Shown in pieces: positions 54,190 through 64,000 of a DNA stretch of 64,000 nucleotides; positions within the stretch are counted from its first letter, which is position 1, and the number at the start of each line of letters is the position of its first letter. The stretch covers positions 29,202,001 to 29,266,000 of the forward strand of contig OX597834.1 in assembly GCA_951406725.2 (NCBI GenBank), given 5' to 3'. The notes under the pieces are model-generated. The model did no database searches. It was not told the origin of the DNA and worked only from the letters and a program-made list of their open reading frames with translations. The position numbers and the translations under genes are program-made. The stretch comes from Octopus vulgaris (lineage: Eukaryota).

Positions 54190-54775
54190 AATAATATGTA
54201 AACCTAATGATACAATCATTTGTCATCCAGGCCGGTACTTGAATGTCACTATTCAGAATTTCATCCAACTGTCTCACAGTTCTCCGGTGCAGAGCTGTCA
54301 AGTTTTTAAGCCCAAAGCCCCGAATCCCATCTGGGTCAGACACTTTCCAGTTAGGAATTTTCCTGCACTGACCTCTAATCATCCCCACAGTTATTCTCAA
54401 TTCCTCTTGCTGATACTCTCCACTCTCCTCTTTCAGTGTTTTCAACCACTCTGCTTTACTTTCGAGGTGTTTCTCCTGAGACCATCTGGCACAGCTTTTT
54501 CACCTTTAGCTTCCCCATCCAGTTCCTGATAGACTCGTTTCTGACTTTGTTCGAAAAGTCTGTTTAATCTGTACTGCTCAATTCTCTGTTCATATCTCTT
54601 TAGTTTATGTACTTTAGCTTTCAATCTCTGTTTCAATTCCTCAATCACAACATTGATTCCCCTTTTCTTCAGCCTGTATTTCCTCTCTAGCTCAACATAT
54701 TTTTCTCTTCTGGAGCTTCATTTCCCTTTTTCTGTTCTAGAATATTAATATGCATTCTGGTCTTGTTAATAGACT
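54190..54775 (-). mobile_element. R4/Dong-like LINE fragment upstream of RT
   Basis: IEELKQRLKAKVHKLKRYEQRIEQYRLNRLFEQSQKRVYQEL...KIPNWKVSDPDGIRGFGLKNLTALH...VPAWMT. Confidence 0.8.
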
Positions 54776-54839
54776 GCGTTATTCTCCTTTCCACCGCCGC
54801 CACCACCACCACCACCACCACCACCATCACCATCACCAA

Positions 54840-54882
<43 letters not shown>

Positions 54883-55278
54883 GGCGCAGGAGTGGCTGTG
54901 TGGTAAGTAGCTTGCTAACCAACCACATGGTTCCAGGTTCAGTCCCACTGTGTGGCATCTTGGGCAAGTGTCTTCTGCTATAGCCCCGGGCTGACCAATG
55001 CCTTGTGAGTGGATTTGGTAGACGGAAACTGAAAGAAGCCTGTCGTATATATGTATATATATGTGTGTATGTGTGTGTGTGTTTGTGTGTCTGTGTTTGT
55101 CCCCTTAGCATTGCTTGACAACTGATGCTGGTGTGTTTACGTACCCGTCACTTAGTGGTTCGGCAAAAGAGACCGATAGAATAAGTCCCGGGGTCGATTT
55201 GCTCGACTAAAGGCAGTGCTCCAGCATGGCTGCAGTCAAATGACTGAAACAAGTAAAAGAGTAAAAGAGTAAAAGAGT
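54883..55278 (+). mobile_element. SINE family A
   Basis: Near full-length match. Confidence 0.9.
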
Positions 55279-55279
55279 A

Positions 55280-55562
55280 TATGTTTGACTTTTGATTTAT
55301 ATTTGTACAAGCTGGCTCCAAGTCTCACCCAGAGACCTCAAGAGACAACAGGTTGGAAGTTCGTATTGTTGTTATGCCTAGTGTGCTATATATTTGGTTT
55401 TGTATTTAGTGTTGTACTAGTGAATGCCTAAAGAAAAAAAGAAAAAATTATGTTTGTTTTAAAACTTGAGATTGCATAGAAAGTATTTTGCGTAGGATAT
55501 GAGCAGTTCCCATGAGCACTATCTTTTGAATTTCTGCCATTTTGGGGTTTCCTGGTATCTGA

Positions 55563-55563
<1 letters not shown>
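55280..55563 (-). mobile_element. 3' end of an R4/Dong-like LINE abutting (TAA)n
   Basis: IPGNPKMAEIQKIVLMGTAHILRKILSM followed by a 3' UTR, next to a (TTA)n tract. Confidence 0.7.
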
Positions 55564-55597
<34 letters not shown>

Positions 55598-55611
55598 CAT
55601 TATTATTATTA

Positions 55612-55678
<67 letters not shown>

Positions 55679-55915
55679 CATCATTATTAAGGCAGAAACC
55701 AAAAGAATTGTTAGCATGTTGGACAAAATGCTTCATGACAATTCTTCTTGCTCTTTGCATTGAGTTCAAAGTTTGCCAAGATTGACTTCATCTTTCATCT
55801 TTTTTGGAGCCAATAAACCAAAGCATTGATTAATTACTGGGGTCAATGTAATTAACGGACTCTCTTTCCCTCAAAATTGCTGGACTTGTGCCTATAGTAG
55901 ATAGGATTATTATTA

Positions 55916-55986
<71 letters not shown>

Positions 55987-58180
55987 ATTGAAACTTAGTT
56001 CTGATTTCTTTTTCTCCTCCAGTCATTTCTCTCCTCTTTACAATGTTAAGAATAAATTTTTATCTCTTTAATATTCATATAAACATTTGAACATCCTTTA
56101 TGCTCTCTCTCTCTCTTTCCTTCCCCTCTCTTTGATTCTCTCACTCTGTCTCTGCTTCCTGCTGTTTAAAAAAAATAAACATTATTGCCAGAGGCTTCAG
56201 ATTAACCATTTACCACCTTCACCACAACCACTGCCACAACTGTCAACACCACCACCACAACTATTTCCCCCAACTCCAGCAGCACCACCACCGCCGTAAC
56301 TACCTTCACTCTCACCATCACCACTACCACCACAATTCCCCTTCCCCTGTAGCCCCACCACCACCATCACAGCCACTACCAGTAATGCCACCTGGTGTGC
56401 TATGTAACCAATTTTACCTTATAAATGTCAACAAGATATAAACATGAATTAGACTCATGCTGGTAATAGGTATTAGGGTTTATTAGGGATGAAGGATAGC
56501 ATAGGTGGGGGTAGTAGTGGTTGTGGTGTTGGTTGTACTGTTCAGACTTCCTTTCCCACTTAACACCGAAATTAAGTTTTGGAAATTAATTATTAATTTG
56601 TTTAAATTATCTCCCCTTGTCTTTGAGAACATTTGATCACTATCACTTGCCCCCACCACCACTACCACCACTGTTAACCATCACTACCACCACTACCAAC
56701 ACAAACTACAACCACCACCACCACTACTACGACTAACAAATGCCCTAAGGTTTTTCTGTCTCTTTCTAATTAAGAATACTTTTCATAAAATATTCAGTAC
56801 TCCTCACCTTCACTTAATTATTCAAATCTCTATAATTGGCCTATTCGAGTTATTTCCCCTTAGCTTACTTCATTACCAATTTGTATTGTGATTTTTTCAT
56901 GGTTGTTTAGTCCTAGGTAAGTTTTCATTGAGCAAATCATTTATTTTTTACCATTTTTTAAGACACTAGGTTATTATTTCTTGCAGGTTTAACAAACCAT
57001 GTCATGCCCAGCTCCTTAATTCCTATGAGATTTGGGTAGTGTTGGTGGTGGGGTTCTTGGCAGCAGTAGTGATGGCTGTAGTAGTGGCCATGGTGATGAT
57101 GATGATGGTAGTGTCGGTGGTTGTGGTAGCAACAGTGTCAAAGTTGGCGATGGTGGGGGTGGCAGAAGTTGTGGTGGTGGTGGTCATCGTGGATCGTCAT
57201 TGTTGCAGCAGCAGTGGTATTAATGGTAGTGGTGGTATTAACGGTGGGTGACGTTTGTGGTGGAAGCGGCTGTAATGGCAAGATGGGGTGTGTTGGGGTG
57301 AAAGCTTTGGATATGGCTGTGGTGGTGGTCATGCTTGCTTGTGGTTGTAAGGATGATGGAGGATGAGAAGGATGACCCCACCCACGCCATTCTCTGCCAT
57401 GGAAGGATCAAGCCGATACCAAGAACCTTGACATACTTCACCACCTCCCCCACCCTAACCACCCTCCCAACCCATCGCACCGCCTTCCACCTCACCTCAC
57501 CACCCTCCGTCTACCCTGTAGAGCAGGAAATAAGCCACTAACAAACACATGCTGTCGGCGCAAACTGATGCTGAAATGCATGACAAATCCTAAACTTCCA
57601 GTGATAATTACCACCACCACCACAACTACTACCACTACTACTACTACTACCATAACTACTGCCACGACTGCAACAACAACAACAGCAACTTAAGTAGATT
57701 CAGTGACAAGAAAAAAACATTGTGAATTGTTGTTCCCGGCACATACATACAATCGCATGCATGTATGATACACAGATTTATGTAATACATATCTGTTTCA
57801 AATTTTGGCACAAGGCCAGCAACTTCGAGGAAGGGGCTAAGTTGATTACATTGACCCCAGTAGTCTTGATTGGTACTTAATTTATAAACCCCAAAAGGAT
57901 GAAAGGCAAAGTATGTATTTTTTATGTATTTTATTCAGTTTTAATTTTGCTTTGTTTTATTTTTATAGCAAGAGGAATCCCATGGAAAAAAGAGAGCATC
58001 TATATGGTTACATGATCTGCTAGAAATAACAACCAAAATTCTCTCAAATCACACTTTTTTGTTTGAAGAATGATACATTGAATAGTGTAGTCTGGGGTAC
58101 ACTATATTTAAAAAGAAAACATAAGTTGGGAGGATCATATCTGAGATGCTTTTTGGGGCATATGTCTACTCAACCAGGGC

Positions 58181-58521
58181 TAATCTTACGTTAAACAAAA
58201 ACAATAACAATAACAACAAAATTGAAATACTGAAATTTTCAGAGAGGCAGTGGAATGGATGAAATAGATATCGTTGGTGTGAGAAGCAGAAGAGGTTTGA
58301 TGTTTTGGGCTGCAGGCTCTTTATCAAGGAAGAGGCAGGAGATAAACTTACGTTAATCTTACGTTAAACAAAAACAATAACAATAACAACAAAATTGAAA
58401 TACTGAAATTTTCAGAGAGGCAGTGGAATGGATGAAATAGATATAGTTGGTGTGAGAAGCAGAAGAGGTTTGATGTTTTGTGCTGCAGGCTCTTTATCAA
58501 GGAAGAGACAGGAGATAAACT
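58181..58521. repeat. Tandem duplication with a 173-bp period
   Basis: taatcttacgttaaac...ggagataaact at 58181 and 58354, with about 3 substitutions. Confidence 0.95.
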
Positions 58522-58813
58522 GTGGCCAACATAAACTTCCATTGCTTGTTTTGGATTCTGGATCATCCCATCTGGATCATCCCATATGTATGTATGGATG
58601 GATGGATGGATGGAGGGAGGGATGGATGGATGGATGGAGGTTGGCATGTATTTAGGTAACTAGCTCTTAATCTCTCTCTCTCTCTGTCCATGCATTCTTT
58701 CTCTGTCTCCTCTTTCTATTCTCTCTCCCTCTCTCACACTTATCTATATATACATACTGACCAGTAAATAAGACTCAGAAATAGGTAAGTAGTTCTTTAT
58801 CTCTGCTTCCTTG

Positions 58814-58845
<32 letters not shown>

Positions 58846-59701
58846 GTCTTTTCTTGCTCTCTCTCTCTCTCTTTCACCTCACTTTCTGTTTCCTCTCTCT
58901 ATGTCTCCTCTGTTCTATCCCTCTGTTTCTCTCTCCCTTTCTATCTCTCTCTCTCTCTCTCTCTCTGACTTTCTCCTCACTATCTCTGTCTCCATTTCCC
59001 ACCTCTCTCTGTCTCTTCCTTTTTTTCTTTCACTCCTCAACTACTTGAAAAGTTCCAAGACTTGACAAACCACAACCAATCTCTGAAGATTCTCTTTCGA
59101 CCATTTGCCAAACATGCGAGGGATTTCCTTGTCTTGGAATGATGACATGTTCCAAGTCCTGAGGATTTCCTGTCTAAAGCAATAAATAATTGGAACAGGA
59201 AATAAATAAATGGTTTCAGACAAAGAATTGTCTTGTAGCAGACAGACAGACAGACAGGCAGGCAGGCAGACAGAAAGAAAGATGGACAAAGGGAGAAACA
59301 AAACAGAAAGTCGAATGACAGACTGATGGATAGGCAGACAGATAGAAAGATAATACAGACAGTCAGGCAAGCAGATAGACAGAAAGACTAACAATGGGAA
59401 ACAGAGAAACAGACACAGATAGAAAGACAGAAAGCTAGATAGACACACAGACAGACAGGTAAAAAGAAAAAAAAAACTGAGAGAGATGGATAAATAGCCA
59501 AATAGGCAGATTGACAAAGAAATGGAAAAGCGGACAAAAAAGGCAGGTTTTTGTCTTTTGTTTTTGCTGATGACACAGGGGTGGGTGGGTGTTTGGGTGT
59601 GATTTGAAGAATATTGCTGGGCCAAAACTGGAGGAGTTGATAAGCTTTAATGGAAGTAACAAAGCAAAGACACAAATATATATATATATACTATTTATAT
59701 A

Positions 59702-59737
<36 letters not shown>

Positions 59738-59775
59738 TGTATGTATGTATGTATATATGTATGTATGTATGTATG

Positions 59776-59846
<71 letters not shown>

Positions 59847-59848
<2 letters not shown>

Positions 59849-60267
59849 CGCAGGAGTGGCTGCGTGGTAAGCAGCTTGCTAACCAACCACATGATTCCGG
59901 GTTCAGTCCCACTGTGTGGCATCTTGGGCAAGTGTCTTCTGCTATAGCCTCGGGCCGACCAATGCCTTGTGAGTGGATTTGGTAGACAGAAGCTGAAAGA
60001 AGCCTATCGTATATATGTATATATATATATATATGTATGTGTATATGTTTGTGTGTCTGTGTTTGTCCCCATAGCATTGTTTGACAACCGATGCTGGTGT
60101 GTTTACGTCCACGTTACTTAGCGGTTCGGCAAAAGAGACCGATAGAATAAGTACTGGGCTTACAAAGAATAAGTCCCGGGGTCGATTTGCTCGACTAAAG
60201 GCGGTGCTCCAGCATGGCCGCTGTAAAATGACTGAAACAAGTAAAAGAGTAAAAAAAAAAAAAAAGA

Positions 60268-60270
<3 letters not shown>
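59847..60270 (+). mobile_element. SINE family A
   Basis: Full-length match directly after (TA)n. Confidence 0.9.
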
Positions 60271-60305
<35 letters not shown>

Positions 60306-60365
60306 TACTTTTTGCCAGCAGAAGTTAGACAGTTAATCAAGGGCTTAGAGTTTTGTGTGTGTATG

Positions 60366-60418
<53 letters not shown>

Positions 60419-60848
60419 GTATGTACACACATATATACATATACAAGCTTATATATATGGACACAAATTGAAGGATAGATGAGTGAATGTTGAATCTAAA
60501 TTATTGTAAAAAAAATATTAATAATAATAATAAATGAACCCCCTACAGGGATTTGACAGAAGTGAGTTTATATTAAATATATGATTTATGGGATTAAAAT
60601 AAGGGCCGTGTTGATGTATTTATTTGAAGAAGACTAAATGCTGTTGTGTGAGGAAGAAGTTTTAGTTTTGATGGATTTCTAAGTATTATTGTAACGAGCT
60701 ATGAAATTATACAACAGAGGTAATTATAGATGAAAATATATGGTTGTGTGTGGTGTGTGTCAGGGGTGGGGAGGATCTTTAATGAATGGTGCTGAATATA
60801 GATAAATGGACTTATTATTGCTGAAGTGACATCAGATTATTAGTGTGA

Positions 60849-60890
<42 letters not shown>

Positions 60891-60937
60891 TTATGTATGT
60901 ATGTATGTATGTGTATATATATATATATATATGTATG

Positions 60938-60981
<44 letters not shown>

Positions 60982-60995
60982 CACACACACACACA

Positions 60996-61043
<48 letters not shown>

Positions 61044-61056
61044 CACACACAAACAC

Positions 61057-61117
<61 letters not shown>

Positions 61118-61120
<3 letters not shown>

Positions 61121-61894
61121 TCATCATCGTTTAACGCCTGCTTTCCATGCTAGCATGGGTTGGACGATTTGACTGAGGACTGGCGAACCAGATGGCTGCA
61201 CCAGGCTCCAATCTGATCTGGCAGAGTTTCTACAGCTGGATGCACTTCCTAATGCCAACCACTCCGAGAGTGTAGTGAGTGCTTTTACGTGCCACTGGCA
61301 TGAGGGCCAGTCAGGCAGAACTGTCAACGGCCACGCTCAAATGGTGTTCAAATGCCACCTGCGCAGGAGCCAGTCCAGCGGCACTGGCAATGACCTCGCT
61401 CAAATATTTTTTCCACGTGTCACCAGCACAAGTGCCAGTAGGGTGAAACTGGTAACGATCACGCTTGGATGGTGCTTTTTATGTTCCACTGGCACAGAAG
61501 CTAATCAGCTGCTTTGGCAACGATCATGCTCAGATGGTGCTCTTAGCGCTCCACAACTACTGATGCCGGTCAACGAATTTGATTTCAATTTCGATTTCAC
61601 ATGCCTCAACATGTCTTTGCAAGCAGAGCTTACTATCCAATGAATGAAAGGTACACATAAGTGGGCTGGTTACACCCCTGGCATAGGCCACAGGTTATGG
61701 TCTCACTTGGCTTGCTGGGTCTTCTCAAGCACAGCACATTTCCAAAGGTCTCAGTCACTAGTCATTGCCTCAGTGAGGCCTAATGTTCGAAGGTCGTGCT
61801 TCACTACCTCATCCCAGGTCTTCCTAGGTCTACCTCTTCCACAGGTTCCCTCAACCGCTAGGGTGTGGCACTTTTTCACACAGCTATCTTCATC
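61118..61894 (-). mobile_element. 5'-truncated RTE LINE (ORF C-terminus, 3' UTR and tail)
   Basis: Minus-strand translation DEDSCVKKCHTLAVEGTCGRGRPRKTWDEVVKHDLRTLGL contains the RTE C-terminal GRP..W motif, followed by the 3' UTR and (GAT)n. Confidence 0.85.
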
Positions 61895-61928
61895 ACTGTG
61901 TGAAAAAAAAAAAAAATATATATATATA

Positions 61929-62343
61929 GGCGCAGGAGTGGCTGTGTGGTAAGTAGCTTGCTAACCAACCACATGGTTCCGGGTTCAGTCCTACTGCGTG
62001 GCATCTTGGGTAAGTGTCTTCTGCTATAGCCCCGGGCCGACCAATGCCTTGTGAGTGGATTTGGTAGACGGAAACTGAAAGAAGCCTATCGTATATATGT
62101 ATATATATATATTTATGTGTGTGTGTGTTTGTGTGTCTGTGTTTGTCCCCCTAGCATTGCTTGACAACCGATGCTGGTGTGTTTACGTCCCCGTCACTTA
62201 GCAGTTCGGCAAAAGAGACCAATAGAATAAGTACTGGGCTTACAAAGAATAAGTCCCGGGGTCGATTTGCTCGACTAAAAAAAGGCGGTGCTCCAGCATG
62301 GCCGCAGTCAAATGACTGAAACAAGTAAAAGAGTAAAAAGAGT
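61929..62343 (+). mobile_element. SINE family A
   Basis: Full-length match. Confidence 0.9.
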
Positions 62344-62562
62344 ATATATATTTATACATATACACACATTATGATAAAGGTAACTCTTTTCAACTATTCA
62401 GATGGCTTCCAGTCCTCCATGTCAGCTAACTTTTTCTCAGCTATGGCCTTAATCTTTATGCTCTCCAATGCTGTTGATCATTCACCAATACATGAAGGCT
62501 CTTCTTGAAAAATGAAGACAAAAAGACTGTAAAATTTAGCCTGACACCCAGTGTATGATATA

Positions 62563-62965
62563 CTCTTTTACTCTTTTACTTGTTTCAGTCATTTGACTGC
62601 GGCCATGCTGGAGCATTGCCTTTAATCGAGCAACTCGACCCCGGGACTTATTCTTTTGTAAGCCCAGTACTTATTCTATTGGTCTCTTTTTGCCGAACCG
62701 CTAAGTAACGGGAACATAAACACACCGGCATTGGTTGTCAAGCAATGCTAGGGGGACAAACACAGACACACAAACACACACATGCATATATATATACATA
62801 TGTACGACGGGCTTCTTTCAGTTTCCGTCTACCAAATCCACTCACAAGGCTTCGGTCGGCCCGAAGCTATTGTAGAAGACACTTGCCCAAGGTGCCACAC
62901 AGTAGGACTGAACCCGGAACCGTGTGGTTGGTAAACAAACTACTTACCACACAGCCACTCCTGTA
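62563..62965 (-). mobile_element. SINE family A
   Basis: Reverse-complement full-length match. Confidence 0.88.
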
Positions 62966-63872
62966 CATATATATGAGAGAGAGATAAATGGTTATAGTTT
63001 TTTGTTATTTTCAAAACAACAGAAGTCATAATACAAGCTGATGGTTCATGCAAAACTTTACTACTCCAACGTATCTAATATTCAAGGAGTTTTCGTCAAC
63101 TAACTAAAAGTAATTGGTATGTCCCTATACATACATATATACATGTATGTATATTCATGCAGTTTTAGTTTCACGATACCAAGAGATATCTGTGGTTACA
63201 TCTCATTATGTTATCATTCCTGTTCCATTAGAAATGTCTCAATCTGATAACAGTAACTGATTCCTGTGGAGGTGGTGGTGGTGGTGGTGCTGGTTGTGAT
63301 GGTGGGAATGGTAGTGGAGTAGTGATGATGATGATGGTGATGGTGGTGCAGAGGAAAATTTTTTTAAATCTTAGTTTTCTTGTTGCTTGAATGTTTTTTC
63401 TTCAACAAGATATCCCTGTACTGATAGATTAAGTACCAGGCTGTAAAAGAAATAAGTATTGGGGCTGATTCATTCGACCAAAATTCTTCAAGGCGGTGCC
63501 CCAGTATGGCCACAGTCTAATGACCGAAACAAGGAAAGGATAAAAGATATACATATCCATACAAAACATACAAATACGTATTCACACATTTACACAGACA
63601 CACATACACATTGAGGAACACACACACAAATACACTTAAACACTCACACACAGACATAGACACGTAAAAAACTACACTTGAATACACACATGAATTTACT
63701 GAAGCTCATACATACACAAATACACCCACAAACATATATACACACATACACCCAAACACATGCATGTATGCATTCACACACATATACATACACTTATATG
63801 TACATACACATATGTATATAGTGTATACTGATGCATAGACAAACATATACATTTACTCACAGAAATACACAG

Positions 63873-63932
<60 letters not shown>

Positions 63933-64000
63933 ACATACACACATACACACACAGGCACACATAATTTCTCACATGCACACATAATATCTACACATACAAA

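Overview
AT-rich, microsatellite-saturated eukaryotic DNA, intergenic or intronic. The SINE content suggests an octopus/cephalopod genome (inference). No intact host gene is evident, and nearly all listed ORFs are translations of simple repeats. The window holds many copies of three tRNA-derived SINE families, fragments of RTE and R4/Dong-type LINEs, two mariner remnants, a TTAA-flanked piggyBac-type MITE and several tandem duplications. The most notable signal is a set of Penelope-like element (PLE) insertions into (TA)n tracts that are built as fold-back palindromes and carry minimal type-I hammerhead ribozyme motifs. The largest is a near-perfect 1,376-bp hairpin (47017-48392) that encodes a GIY-YIG endonuclease and a hammerhead in each arm. 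Smaller hairpins and hammerheads cluster at 50.7-52.1 kb, with further candidates at 10.7, 15.4, 19.0, 26.2 and 48.6 kb. Two hammerheads share a non-canonical CCGANGA core and a CUC-N-GAG stem III. All calls were made by eye and none was checked against a database.
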